DNA from: a virus
Taxonomy: Duplodnaviria > Caudoviricetes
Direction: 5' to 3' (one strand)
DNA: 62,337 nt
IMG/VR virus record: IMGVR_UViG_3300025128_000029
Span: 1 to 62,337 of that record
In this document: positions 44,747 to 55,774 of the stretch, one piece after another
Position numbering within the stretch: the first letter of the stretch is position 1
Layout of the letters: the number at the start of each line of letters is the position of its first letter
Program-made: the position numbers and the translations under genes
The notes under the pieces: model-generated
The model's database searches: none
Seen by the model: only the letters and a program-made list of their open reading frames with translations
What the model was told of the DNA's origin: nothing

Positions 44747-44830
44747 TGTGACCAGATATTGTATATTGTATATCGGAAAAGTTGTGAATACAAGTTATTA
44801 AACTTTTTCATTTACCCCCTATATAGCAAA
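44747..44830. repeat. non-coding element copy B (origin-like) in the divergent intergenic region
   Basis: same blocks and same 22-nt spacing as 23059-23153; AT-rich flanks. Confidence 0.75.
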
Positions 44831-44906
44831 GTGAGTAAATAGTTATAGCAACTCTTATACATTTATATATAATAAAGTAATTACATATTCCGAAGAAAGG
44901 GAACTA

Positions 44907-46346
44907 ATGCGTTATAAATTTAAGTTTGAACCATATAAACATCAGTTAGATGCTTTAACTAAGGCATGGAACAAAGAGTTTTTTGCTTTCTTTATGGATA
45001 TGGGTACAGGTAAATCAAAAGTATTAATAGATAATATTGGCATACTTTATGACAAAGGCGAAATAGACTCTGCTTTGATCATAGCACCCAAAGGTGTTTA
45101 CCATAACTGGACAAGAAAAGAACTACCTACACATTTACCTGAACATATCCATGCTGATATTGTTACATGGTCTCCTGAGAAAACACAAAAGAAAGCAAAA
45201 GAGCTTGCTGTGTTAAACCAAGTTACAGACAACCTTGTTATATTCGTTATGAATGTAGAGGCTTTATCTACTAAAAGGGGAGTAGCTGTAGCTGATAAGT
45301 TTTTGTTAACTCACAGGGCTATGCTTGCTGTAGATGAAAGTACTACCATAAAATCTAGAACAGCTTCAAGAACAAAAAATCTTATGAAACTAGGTAAACT
45401 AGCCAGTTATCGCAGAATATTAACTGGCTCCCCTGTAACTCATTCTCCCTTAGATCTTTATACCCAATGCACTTTTTTAAAAGAAGAAAGTTTAGGGCAG
45501 TCTTCATTTTGGACTTTCCAAAACAGATATGCTAAAATGGTTAGGAGAACACTTGGTTCACATAGCTTTAATCAAATAACAGGTTACCAAAACCTTGAAG
45601 AACTAAATGGTATTATAGAACCCTATAGCTTTAGAGTTCGCAAAGAAGACTGTTTAGACTTGCCAGATAAAGTGTATATAAAAAGGTCAGTGGAACTAAC
45701 TGATGAGCAAAAACTTTTATATGTTCAGTTAAAAAGTTCTGCTATGGCTTTTGTAAAAGAACAAGGGCAAATCACAGCACAAACAGTACTCACACAAATA
45801 ATTAGATTACAACAAGTATGTTCAGGCTTTGGCAAACTTGATGATGGGCGAATGGTTGAAGTTTCATCAAACAAACTTAATGAACTAATGTCTGTATTAG
45901 AAGAAACAACAGGTAAAGTTATTATATGGGCGAACTTTACACATGATCTACAAATAATTTATCAAGCAATAACAAAGGCTTACGGAGCAGATTCAGCTTC
46001 CCTTTTCTATGGGGAAACCCCTACTGATGACAGACAAGATATAGTAGAGCAGTTTCAAAACCCTAATAGCCCACTGAAATATTTTATAGGACAACCACGC
46101 ACAGGTGGATATGGGTTAACTCTTACTGAGGCTAAAACAGTTATATATTATAGTAATGGATATGATTTAGAAGTTAGGTTACAAAGTGAAGATAGAGCTC
46201 ACCGTATTGGTCAAACTAATAAAGTCACTTATGTAGATATAGTTACTGAAAAAACTATAGATGAAAAAATATTAAAAGCATTAAGGGCTAAAATAGATAT
46301 TGCAAGTCAAGTATTAGATGAAGGTGTGATGAACTGGATTATTTAG
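44907..46346 (+). CDS. SNF2-like SF2 helicase
   Basis: MDMGTGKS, DEST, LTGSP, GGYGLTLT, QSEDRAHRIGQ. Confidence 0.9.
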   Translation: MRYKFKFEPYKHQLDALTKAWNKEFFAFFMDMGTGKSKVLIDNIGILYDKGEIDSALIIAPKGVYHNWTRKELPTHLPEHIHADIVTWSPEKTQKKAKELAVLNQVTDNLVIFVMNVEALSTKRGVAVADKFLLTHRAMLAVDESTTIKSRTASRTKNLMKLGKLASYRRILTGSPVTHSPLDLYTQCTFLKEESLGQSSFWTFQNRYAKMVRRTLGSHSFNQITGYQNLEELNGIIEPYSFRVRKEDCLDLPDKVYIKRSVELTDEQKLLYVQLKSSAMAFVKEQGQITAQTVLTQIIRLQQVCSGFGKLDDGRMVEVSSNKLNELMSVLEETTGKVIIWANFTHDLQIIYQAITKAYGADSASLFYGETPTDDRQDIVEQFQNPNSPLKYFIGQPRTGGYGLTLTEAKTVIYYSNGYDLEVRLQSEDRAHRIGQTNKVTYVDIVTEKTIDEKILKALRAKIDIASQVLDEGVMNWII

Positions 46347-47091
46347 CTATACTTCTTAAACTTTCCATAACTTGATCAATATTCGGTTCTTTACCATTTG
46401 GATTTAACTTACATTTGTACTGACGAGGGCAACCAATATGTATGTCTGTAAACTCTAATTCATATGTTCTTTGAGCTCCTACATAGACGCATGCCATTTT
46501 ATCTTTAAAAACTTTTTGTAACTTTAATCGGCATGTAGTCATCTTTGGTTCAATAATTTCTCCTCGTTGTATTTTTTGTTGCCTCGTATAGTCTTTAGGA
46601 GCGTTATATATTTTCCCTTTTGCATATGCTTTAAAGGTGAGAATGACTCCAATAACAAGTACAGCAACCACACAAAAAACAATCCCCATTGTCTGAATAA
46701 CATCAATTATTTCTTTTTGTTGTTGTCTTTTTTCAATCTTTTGTAACCTAACAGCTTCTTTTGCCTGACTAATCCTATTTGCTCTTTCAGCTATAATTTG
46801 ATCCCAAGCAGTAGGTCCAAACCTTAAGTTAATCATATTCTTTAATTCTTGACGTTTTTCTTCTAATAGCTTTCTATCTATAAAATCTGTGGCAGCAGAT
46901 TCAACTCCAAACTGTTCTTTTATACCAAGACCTTTGCCTTTGCCTTTGTTCATTTGAGCTTCGCCCTCAAAGAATCCATCTATCTGTTTAGCTATTCCTG
47001 ATATATCTTGAACTGTGTTTATATTAGATTTTATGAACTCAACGGATTTTTGAACTAGGGCTATTCCTGTGAGTATTTCTGCAACAACCAT
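46339..47091 (-). CDS. hypothetical membrane protein
   Basis: coiled-coil N-terminus, single TM, Cys-containing C-terminal domain. Confidence 0.55.
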   Translation of the reverse strand: MVVAEILTGIALVQKSVEFIKSNINTVQDISGIAKQIDGFFEGEAQMNKGKGKGLGIKEQFGVESAATDFIDRKLLEEKRQELKNMINLRFGPTAWDQIIAERANRISQAKEAVRLQKIEKRQQQKEIIDVIQTMGIVFCVVAVLVIGVILTFKAYAKGKIYNAPKDYTRQQKIQRGEIIEPKMTTCRLKLQKVFKDKMACVYVGAQRTYELEFTDIHIGCPRQYKCKLNPNGKEPNIDQVMESLRSIAK

Positions 47092-47099
47092 TCTTCATC

Positions 47100-50000
47100 C
47101 TATGCTAACCCCATGATGCCTGATTGTTTTCTTTTTTCAATTGCAGCACTTGTAGCATCAAAAGGAAATAAATCAGTAACAGAGGTTTTATTTTTTACAT
47201 TAGTCGGGCTTGGTGCAGGAAGATTATTCGCTGTTGTTATATTGGGTTTGATATCTGCCTCTGCTGTTTGTACAACAGGGGGAGTAACTTCATTTGAGCT
47301 TAGTGGTTCTATTTCTATTTGTACAGGTGGAGCAGAAGGTGGACTCATATCTGCACCAAAAGGAATACCTAAATTAAATAAAAATTGATTTAGTCTTCTA
47401 TTTATTTCAGGTATAATAACAGAAGCAGAATCTTTTGGAGATTCTTGTACTAATAGTTTTGCTATTTGAGGATTAAATATAGCTTCTTGCATTAAGGCAT
47501 CAGCTCTTATATTAGATTGTTGAGAGATTGCTCTACTTAAAAAATAACCAATCGCAGCCCTCGGACCAAGACGTTTCTCTCCTACAGCAACTAACCTGTT
47601 AGATACGTTTAATGGTGTACTACCAATAAGATTTGCTAATTTGTCGCCCATACCTTTATTTGTTACTCCCTCTCCTAAGTTTCGTGGGAGTAAATTCACT
47701 CTTTCAACAGCATCAGCTATTAGATAAAGGTTTTCAAAATGTTCTTTACCTAAAGCAATATCTAATACTTTTTCATTTGTCGCTAAGTATTGTTTAAATG
47801 CAGTAGGGTTAGAAGCTAAGTCGGGACTCTTAGCAAATATTCTTTGGAATATCGCAGCATTAAATGCTTCAGTTGCTTTAAAATCATCTATCTTACCAAC
47901 TTCTCTTTTTAACACAGACATTAATTTACCATTCCGTAACGCATCGTCAAACATTTTGTCGGGATTTAAATTATCTGTTGCTAATAATAAACCTTTGACC
48001 ATTTTATTATTAGAAATTATTTTTGCTCTATTTGTTAAATCTAATCTTCTAGTAGCCATGTTTTGTAATAATTTAGCAGTATCACCAAACTCATCCATCA
48101 TACCAATAGTGGTTAATTTTTCTCTATTCTTATTTATAAAAACATTTAATTTATCAGCATTTAGACCATTTTTAGTTATCGCTGCATCATAAGCTTTATC
48201 ATAAATTGTGCTTTTCATTGCATTTATCATGTTTTTATTTTGTTTAAAAGTACCAATGAATTGACCTAAAGTTTCATCGCTTGCAAAAAAAGCATCAGCT
48301 ACATTTTCATCAGAAGTTTGGTAAACAGGATTCTCTTTACTTGACCCTGCCCCTTTTTGCATGACTTGTAAAACAGCACTCTTTTCATAAGGTTGTATTA
48401 CATTGTTATAATAACTTTTTCTGTATGTTTCAAAACTTTCATTTATTTTACCAAAATTTTTACCCATAATATCAAGCTCTTCTAATAGTATAGCTAACTG
48501 TTTTACTTGAGGTTTATTACCTAATGCTGATTGTTTACCTAATTCTGCTCCTGCCATTTCACGGAAGTTCTTCCAATCAAAAAAAGTAATACCATCTTGA
48601 CCTTGCTCGGGAAAAAACGTAACAAACTTTTTTATTAAACTGTTTACCCCTGAACCAGAAAGAGATTTCTCATTTATCTCTTTAATCGTTGCAGTACCTT
48701 TTAATTGTGGGATTAAATTTCTAACTTTAGCTTGGCTCTTTTTTAAAGAATCTATTGTAGATAAGGTTGTATTATTATTTATACCTAAATCTTTAGCTTC
48801 TTTTTCAGCTATCGTTTTTGCATTGTTATAGTTCTTTTCTATCGTTGTCCTTATATTTTTTCCAACAATAGATCTATTTGTTATTTTAGGTAATAATCCA
48901 CTTTCAGCATTACTTGCTTCATCAATTCTATTTACAAGAGTTCCGTCTTGATCTTTGAGTTTACCTAACATACTCGTGTATTTTTTAGTAACTAAATCTA
49001 CAACATAAAAGGGTGAATCTATTAATGGATCGCCACTAAAAGTGCTTGTTTTAAAATTTTCAATAGCATCTAAATTATCTTGTTTTCTTTGATTATTTTT
49101 TCTAGTAAAGTCGGGAGAACCTTTGCCCTCTACCTCTCTTTGTGCTTTTATTAAAGCAGGATCCATTGTTTGTTCGGCTGGGCTAAGTTTTAATCCTGGA
49201 ACACCACCAATGTTCTCTTCAATTTGTATTGCTCTATCTAAGTTAGCTGCTCCTTCTTCAGTTTCTACTGCTGCTTTGAGTTGTTTACCAAACTCGCTCT
49301 GTGCAGCTTTGCCTCCAGGAGTTGTATCCTCAAGAACATTTTGTTGTCCTTCTAATATCTTGTTTTGAGTTTTTATATCGGCAACAGCATCTTTACCTTT
49401 ACCAAATGTCCACTTAACTAATCTCGCTGCTGGACTATTTGTAAATAAATACTTACCTCCTGTATATATAGCTGGACCAGCTAAAGGAGCAGCCAGAGCA
49501 CCTATCCCTGTTTCTGTACCAAATAATTCTTTTTCTGCAGTCGCTCCACCACCTGATAATGCACCAAAACCTGTTTCTATCCCAGCTGTCAATGCTGGGG
49601 CTGAAGTATATCCTTTTGTAACAGCCTCTTGTAATATGGGAGCTACTTTGTCTGATCCTGCTACTGTTCCTGTTGTCCCTGTGCGAACAGCTCCTGAGCC
49701 TAGTTGTGCTGTTCTACCTGATAGCCCTACGAAAGGAAGAGCCAAGCCCCCTCCTTGTCCCGAGCCTCTTGCTAGTTTAGCTCCAGTGCCAGTCGGACCT
49801 ACAAACTCTCCAACACCATAACTCAATACATAGGGAATGATAACATTCATATCTTCATAATCAGTTGAGTTAAAAACTCGACTTAAAAAGTTACGGTCAA
49901 CAGTTCCTGGCTCTACAATTCCTGCTGATTCCATAGCTGAAGCAATAGCATTAATTCCAGCATCTGGTAAGGCTAATACAATATCATTAAAACCACCGAA

Positions 50001-50210
50001 AAGGTTTTGAGCTAAATTAACGAAATAATTTTGATCTCGTTCCCCAACAGATTGTTTTTCTGCTGTACCAACTAAAGATTCTGTACCAAAAGTCTTACTT
50101 TTCTTTTCTTCTGTTGATCGGGAATCAAAAGGTAAAAGACCTTTATATCCACTTTCAGCTTCATAAGCATTTACATCATCTTGACTAGGAGCAGTTATTT
50201 TAAAATCCAT
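47100..50210 (-). CDS. large internal virion/DNA ejection protein
   Basis: 1036 aa, Gly/Ala-rich N-terminus, helical; last of three large genes after tail stabilisation gene. Confidence 0.6.
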   Translation of the reverse strand: MDFKITAPSQDDVNAYEAESGYKGLLPFDSRSTEEKKSKTFGTESLVGTAEKQSVGERDQNYFVNLAQNLFGGFNDIVLALPDAGINAIASAMESAGIVEPGTVDRNFLSRVFNSTDYEDMNVIIPYVLSYGVGEFVGPTGTGAKLARGSGQGGGLALPFVGLSGRTAQLGSGAVRTGTTGTVAGSDKVAPILQEAVTKGYTSAPALTAGIETGFGALSGGGATAEKELFGTETGIGALAAPLAGPAIYTGGKYLFTNSPAARLVKWTFGKGKDAVADIKTQNKILEGQQNVLEDTTPGGKAAQSEFGKQLKAAVETEEGAANLDRAIQIEENIGGVPGLKLSPAEQTMDPALIKAQREVEGKGSPDFTRKNNQRKQDNLDAIENFKTSTFSGDPLIDSPFYVVDLVTKKYTSMLGKLKDQDGTLVNRIDEASNAESGLLPKITNRSIVGKNIRTTIEKNYNNAKTIAEKEAKDLGINNNTTLSTIDSLKKSQAKVRNLIPQLKGTATIKEINEKSLSGSGVNSLIKKFVTFFPEQGQDGITFFDWKNFREMAGAELGKQSALGNKPQVKQLAILLEELDIMGKNFGKINESFETYRKSYYNNVIQPYEKSAVLQVMQKGAGSSKENPVYQTSDENVADAFFASDETLGQFIGTFKQNKNMINAMKSTIYDKAYDAAITKNGLNADKLNVFINKNREKLTTIGMMDEFGDTAKLLQNMATRRLDLTNRAKIISNNKMVKGLLLATDNLNPDKMFDDALRNGKLMSVLKREVGKIDDFKATEAFNAAIFQRIFAKSPDLASNPTAFKQYLATNEKVLDIALGKEHFENLYLIADAVERVNLLPRNLGEGVTNKGMGDKLANLIGSTPLNVSNRLVAVGEKRLGPRAAIGYFLSRAISQQSNIRADALMQEAIFNPQIAKLLVQESPKDSASVIIPEINRRLNQFLFNLGIPFGADMSPPSAPPVQIEIEPLSSNEVTPPVVQTAEADIKPNITTANNLPAPSPTNVKNKTSVTDLFPFDATSAAIEKRKQSGIMGLA

Positions 50211-50223
50211 TAAATTCTCCTTA

Positions 50224-52728
50224 TCATTGTATCATCATTTGGTTACTTATTTTAATGGTTAATGAACCATCATCATTTGTTTTTAAAGACTTCGCTGCTG
50301 GATTTGCTTGTATGAATTTAGCTAAGAAAGAAGCTGGGATATTTAAAAACTTACCATTTAGAGCTTTTTTACTTGGGTCATTTTTAGCAATATTTTGTAG
50401 ATAAGGTATAACTCCCTGATTTCCATAATTAAATGGATCGTTTTCTGTTCCTGTAGCAACAGCTTGTAATTCTAAAATAGCAGGATCCTTAGGATCAATC
50501 GTATTTCTTCTTAAAGCAAGGTCATTAACTAATACCCTACTCAAGTTTTGCATCTTAACTGCCATACTTCCTGGGTCTCTAAAGAATGTTCCATCTTCTA
50601 TTTGACCTGCTAAACTCCTTAATATTTGTTGTTCGTACACATTATATCTATCACTTAACGCAATCGCTTGTACAAGTTTTCTACCAAAGGTTTCTATTTG
50701 GTTTCTTCCTCTATCAGTAGCATAGTATTTAGCCCATGCGTTACTACCCTCAGGTAATAAAGCAGCGACGTTATTTGTTAAAAAGGCTTTAATAGTATTA
50801 GTCGGACCATATACATCGCCCAATGCTTCTTTAGTAAGTGTTTCAATTTCACTAATCGCAGAGATTAAATAAGGGATTCTGCTTTGTGCATGTTTGATAA
50901 TATCTTGATTAGTAGAAGCATAAGTAACCCCTGACTTACCAATGTTCTTAACTAATGGATTACCTGATTCTATTACACCCTTTTCATTATACACAGGGGC
51001 TTCTAATGCGTAACCTAATCCACCTGTCATTGGAACAACTTCACCTGTTTCTGAACTTACAATACCCGATAAGAAACTCTTACCTTTATGCTTGCCACCT
51101 TTTATAGTAACAAAAACTCTTCCAACACTATCAGGTTCAGCTACTTGTAGTATATCTTTTTCGTTACCCTCTAAAAATCCTACAGGAGCTTTTACTGGAT
51201 CTGCACCAGCTCCTTTAAAGTAAAAATATCCTGCTCCAGGGATATACTCTCCAGCAACTTGTTTATAACCACTAATAGATTGACCATCGGGAATTAATAA
51301 ATTTTTAGCTTTAGCTTTAGTTCTATCTATTGTTCCATTTTTAAGACCTTTAGCTATAGCAGAATCCCCTACTTTTATATAACCCTCAGGTAAAGCTATA
51401 AGTTGACCATTTTTTATCATAGCTAACCCATTAGGTGCTGGAGAACCATCAGTTAAAGTTTGTGTTCTACGCACCATGACTGGAGAGCCTTCTATTTTAC
51501 CATTCACTACTTTAGCATAAGTCTCTGCTGGCATTCCATGGAACTGTAGATCTCTAGCAAAATTTTCAGTTATGATAGTATTATAATTTTTATTATTAAT
51601 CTGTGCCTTACTTAGTCCTTTCTCTAAAGATTTCTCAGCAGTACTGAACGTATACTTTTTGAAATCACCTTGTTCTTTACTTTCTGTACCTATTGCATCT
51701 AAAGCAATTTTTAAATTTTGTTCTTCAAGTTGATCTGATTCTTTTTTAGCTTCTGCTCTCGCTGCTAACTTAATATCTCGTTGGGCTTTCGCATCAGCAG
51801 CTAATATCTGACTTGTCTCGGGAACTCTATCTACAGCAGCATCAATAATTGCTGTAAGAGGTTTCTCCCCAGATTGAAATATATCTCTTCCTGCTTTTGC
51901 AAGTTGTAAATATAATTGCATATCCCTTGCATCAGCATCACCTTTACCCAAACTTTCAACAAGTTCTTGTTCTATCTCAGCTGCTGATCTAGGTTGTTTT
52001 AAAAAAGGTGCTAATGTTTTTTGATTCGCTGCAAGTATTTCTTCAGTAGTTCGTGGTTTAAATTTTTCTAAAAAAGGTTTATACATTTCCATAAACTGTT
52101 GAGTATTACCTGTTATATTACCAAAGTCAAGAGTTTTATAATTAGGAACACCTTGTGTAAAAATATTAGTATTGGCTATGTTTTGACTCATAGGTGATGG
52201 AAAAACATATTTCATACCTTGTTGTTGACCTAAGTTGGGAAACTTTGGGATAATTTCTCCTGACTGACCTGACCCTACTTTTCTATTTACAGGAACTTCA
52301 CCCATAGCTATTCGTGCAGAAGCTTCCTCTGTTCCTGGGGCTTGCATAGGCATAGCTTCATTAATCCCACCTTCTGGCACTTGCTCAGAAGCTTCCAACA
52401 TCAACATTGTTGGTTGTAATAAAGTTAAAACAGATTCAGGTGTTTTAGTTGCATCAGCTTTACCTACTAAATCAGCAAGTTCTTTTCTTAAACTTTCTAA
52501 TGTAACATCACCTCCACGGAGGGCTTGCATAATCGCTTCTGGGCTATCAGCTGAATCTATTTCATTAAACAAATTTTGCATACCCTCTGCTGTATTTGCT
52601 AATGCCTCAGCAGAAACTTGTTTTTCGTTTTCTACTAATCCATCTGTAATACCAACTCCTTCACTATTAACAGGAGGCACTTGCCCTTTAAACATGTTTC
52701 GTTGTAATGTAGGATCCATCATAACCAT
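50224..52728 (-). CDS. internal virion/ejection protein
   Basis: 834 aa; ELADLVG..DA..TPESVLTLLQP motif; position. Confidence 0.55.
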   Translation of the reverse strand: MVMMDPTLQRNMFKGQVPPVNSEGVGITDGLVENEKQVSAEALANTAEGMQNLFNEIDSADSPEAIMQALRGGDVTLESLRKELADLVGKADATKTPESVLTLLQPTMLMLEASEQVPEGGINEAMPMQAPGTEEASARIAMGEVPVNRKVGSGQSGEIIPKFPNLGQQQGMKYVFPSPMSQNIANTNIFTQGVPNYKTLDFGNITGNTQQFMEMYKPFLEKFKPRTTEEILAANQKTLAPFLKQPRSAAEIEQELVESLGKGDADARDMQLYLQLAKAGRDIFQSGEKPLTAIIDAAVDRVPETSQILAADAKAQRDIKLAARAEAKKESDQLEEQNLKIALDAIGTESKEQGDFKKYTFSTAEKSLEKGLSKAQINNKNYNTIITENFARDLQFHGMPAETYAKVVNGKIEGSPVMVRRTQTLTDGSPAPNGLAMIKNGQLIALPEGYIKVGDSAIAKGLKNGTIDRTKAKAKNLLIPDGQSISGYKQVAGEYIPGAGYFYFKGAGADPVKAPVGFLEGNEKDILQVAEPDSVGRVFVTIKGGKHKGKSFLSGIVSSETGEVVPMTGGLGYALEAPVYNEKGVIESGNPLVKNIGKSGVTYASTNQDIIKHAQSRIPYLISAISEIETLTKEALGDVYGPTNTIKAFLTNNVAALLPEGSNAWAKYYATDRGRNQIETFGRKLVQAIALSDRYNVYEQQILRSLAGQIEDGTFFRDPGSMAVKMQNLSRVLVNDLALRRNTIDPKDPAILELQAVATGTENDPFNYGNQGVIPYLQNIAKNDPSKKALNGKFLNIPASFLAKFIQANPAAKSLKTNDDGSLTIKISNQMMIQ

Positions 52729-53907
52729 TTATACAATCCCTGCTTTGTTTGCTGCTCCATATAAACCTAATCCTGTTATACCACCACCAAGTATTTGATT
52801 AAATAAACTAGGGTTTGTTGAAGATTGCAAGCTTGTTGTTTGTTGAGTACTTGGAGCTCCCCTTAATATATCACTATAATAACTTAACCTTTGATAAGGT
52901 TCATAGATGTTTTGCAGATCTGTTTGACGTTGTGCATCTAATTCTCTTTGTGCTTGTTGCTGTCTAGTTGCACCTAATGTTTCTAATAAGTTAATATCGG
53001 TAATTCCAGCTTTCTGTGCAAACTCTCCTAGAGCTGCTTGCTGTGTACCTATTTGACCTAACTGCGTACCTAGTTGACCTTTTTGAGCTCCTAATGCTCC
53101 TGCTGTTGTTGCAGCTTGATTTCCAATATTGCTATATGTTTGACCTAAGTTTCCTGCTATTGTTCCTAGATTACCTAATCCTTGTCCTGCTGCCATTTGT
53201 GCTTGAGCAGAAGCTAATTCTCTTGCTTTTTGGTTTTGGAAATCTTGCATAGAAGCTGTTCTAGCTTGTCCATAATTTCTTGAAAGGTCTTCAAATATTC
53301 TTCTACTTGTAACATCGGCTAGTTCACCCTGAGCAACCCCTTCCATAACTCCTGCTCTTGATCCACCAAATGCTCCAGATCCAATAGCTCCTGCTCCTCT
53401 TTGAGCTTGTTGTACCCCATATTGTTTATTTAATTGATCAATAGCACCTTGCGTAACCATTTGTTGATAAGGATCCATAAAAGCACTGATTCCTGCAGCA
53501 GGGTCATAAGCACTCGCCGAACCCATAGCTTGAGTTGCACCTGTATCATAATATCCTTTAGCTGGGTCTAAATAACCTTGTCCTTGCGTAACCATAGCTT
53601 GACCTGTTGCTGGATCAATATAACTCATACCTGTATCTATATCAGCAATCCCACCCTCTGTTGTTGTCGCTGCTGTGCCTAAAGTACTTTCGGCATCATC
53701 TAGAAAAGGTTGATACGCACCAATCCCTCCAACTGCTTGATCGTAAGCATCTATTTGTGCTTGGTCTAATCCAGCTACTTCATAATCAGGAAGACCTCCT
53801 ACAGGAGGAGCTGAAGTTAAATCTTTAGCTTGTTCTAATAGCCCAAGTTTATAAGCCTCTATTTCAGGGGCTTCTCTTTGAATGACGGTTTGGGTTTCTT
53901 CAGCCAT
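52729..53907 (-). CDS. internal virion/DNA transfer protein (Gln/Gly/Ala-rich)
   Basis: FMDPYQQMV...GAFGGSR...EPYQRLSYYSDILRG. Confidence 0.65.
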   Translation of the reverse strand: MAEETQTVIQREAPEIEAYKLGLLEQAKDLTSAPPVGGLPDYEVAGLDQAQIDAYDQAVGGIGAYQPFLDDAESTLGTAATTTEGGIADIDTGMSYIDPATGQAMVTQGQGYLDPAKGYYDTGATQAMGSASAYDPAAGISAFMDPYQQMVTQGAIDQLNKQYGVQQAQRGAGAIGSGAFGGSRAGVMEGVAQGELADVTSRRIFEDLSRNYGQARTASMQDFQNQKARELASAQAQMAAGQGLGNLGTIAGNLGQTYSNIGNQAATTAGALGAQKGQLGTQLGQIGTQQAALGEFAQKAGITDINLLETLGATRQQQAQRELDAQRQTDLQNIYEPYQRLSYYSDILRGAPSTQQTTSLQSSTNPSLFNQILGGGITGLGLYGAANKAGIV

Positions 53908-55340
53908 TATGCAGCTCCCTTTTCAAAATTACGCATCATTGCATACATTTTCTTTGCTCCTGCTTTCCTATCTCCATTTCCAGCACCACGCACAGCTTTT
54001 GCATTCATTACAAATTCTCCATCACTTAGCATAGCTGGAATAGAATCAGAGGTTGGAGTTCCAGGACCCATTATTTCTCCCCCTCCAGCAGCATAATATG
54101 GGTTAGTCCCATAAAACCTTGATGGATCAAAAGCATACTTATATGCACCACTTGCTATATCTTCATCAAACATAATCTTACCAGTGATAGGGTCTATGTA
54201 TGGCTCACCTTTAGGCTCTTCAAATGCTCCTAATCCATAAGCTAATGCTGTTCCTGCTGTAGCTAATGGAGCATACTTTCTTAGTGTTCCAGGAGTATTT
54301 TCTTTTATAAGAGCTTCGTATATTTTTGATCTATTTGCACCTGTATTTATATTAGCAGGAAGTTTAGAAATTTTTTCATTATACTGTTTTAGTACTTCAG
54401 TCATATCAGGAGACATGCTTGGTCGACTTGGACTTAAATATTTTTGGTAAGGCTCAACTACATACTGGTTAGCTAACTCTTTAGCTTGTGAAAATAAATT
54501 TTTATCAGCTACTTGTTCTATACCTACTTCTTTTGGAAATAAAGAAGTCTTAGATGGACCATCTACTCCTAATACTGTTTTAGGGGCTGAAGATGGAGGC
54601 ACATAAAAATCTTGACCTGAAGCTAAGTTAGCTGTTTTAGTCCCTAACTTTCCTGGACTAGAAACTGGTAATTTTTTTACACCACCCTCTGTTAAAAAAG
54701 GATTGTTTGCACTACTAGAAGCTAATGTAGGTGATCCTGTTCCTGAAGGTGTACCAAATATATTGTAATCTGTTGTTAAACCAGATTCAGCACCTGTCGC
54801 ACCAAACCCTTTACCAAAAGCTGCTGAACCTATCCCAGCTAATCCTCCTGCTATTACAGCACCTTTTAAAGCATCCATCGGGTCTTGTCCTGCAGCTAAT
54901 CCTCCTGCAAAACTACCAATACCAGCACTCAAGAATAAAGGCATTGTAGGCAATAAGTAAGGAGCAACAATAGGAAGCACTATTGGAGCAACTTTCTTAA
55001 CTATCTTTTTTAAACCTTTGAATAGTTTTTTAAGAAAAAACTCAGGTTTACCTGTAATAGGATTTATAGAATTTAATTCATTACCAACAACATAACGCTC
55101 TGGTTCTAACCCCATATCTTCCATTTGTTTAAAAATCATGTTTTTCATACGAGGATTAGCTTGTAATACTTCCATAGGTATTACTGTTTCGCCCTCAGCA
55201 GCATGAACAATATAAGTATCGCCTTCACGACCGAAGCTTGCCAACATATCGGCTGCTTTTTTATATTCGCTTAAACCTCCTGCTGGAACAAAAGGTTGCG
55301 ACTGTACCTCAAAAGGTAATGTTGCTATTCCTGCTGTCAT
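53907..55340 (-). CDS. internal virion protein
   Basis: GREGDT..VH...INPITGKPEFF; C-terminal GPGTPTSDSIPAMLSDGEFVM. Confidence 0.6.
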   Translation of the reverse strand: MTAGIATLPFEVQSQPFVPAGGLSEYKKAADMLASFGREGDTYIVHAAEGETVIPMEVLQANPRMKNMIFKQMEDMGLEPERYVVGNELNSINPITGKPEFFLKKLFKGLKKIVKKVAPIVLPIVAPYLLPTMPLFLSAGIGSFAGGLAAGQDPMDALKGAVIAGGLAGIGSAAFGKGFGATGAESGLTTDYNIFGTPSGTGSPTLASSSANNPFLTEGGVKKLPVSSPGKLGTKTANLASGQDFYVPPSSAPKTVLGVDGPSKTSLFPKEVGIEQVADKNLFSQAKELANQYVVEPYQKYLSPSRPSMSPDMTEVLKQYNEKISKLPANINTGANRSKIYEALIKENTPGTLRKYAPLATAGTALAYGLGAFEEPKGEPYIDPITGKIMFDEDIASGAYKYAFDPSRFYGTNPYYAAGGGEIMGPGTPTSDSIPAMLSDGEFVMNAKAVRGAGNGDRKAGAKKMYAMMRNFEKGAA

Positions 55341-55378
55341 GTTAGTACCTTAACAGTTTCATAATAATTATACAATCC

Positions 55379-55774
55379 TTAAACTCTTCGTTGTTGAGAG
55401 AACTCTTGTACACTTGCTACAACATGTAATCTTTCTCCTGTCGCAGCAGTTGCTTTTAATACTTCTCCACTTTGCAATACTAAATCTCTCGTTAATAGTT
55501 CTACTGATGTATTTGCAGCGATAGCCTTAACTTGGAACAAACTGAAAACATGAGAAGTAAGACTTCCAGTTGAACTTACACCATTTCCAGTAATGGTTAC
55601 AGTTATTGTATCACCACTACCTGAATCATTAGATACTATTATAGAACTAATAACGGAAACATTAAAATCGCCATCACTCGGTGCTGTGTAAACAGTTGTT
55701 ATCGCAGTTGTTGTTAGATCAGCTTTAGCATTTGTCATGCCCTGAATAAATTGTGGAACAGTTGTTATAAACAT
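55379..55774 (-). CDS. virion structural protein
   Basis: beta-rich 131 aa in tail operon. Confidence 0.55.
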   Translation of the reverse strand: MFITTVPQFIQGMTNAKADLTTTAITTVYTAPSDGDFNVSVISSIIVSNDSGSGDTITVTITGNGVSSTGSLTSHVFSLFQVKAIAANTSVELLTRDLVLQSGEVLKATAATGERLHVVASVQEFSQQRRV

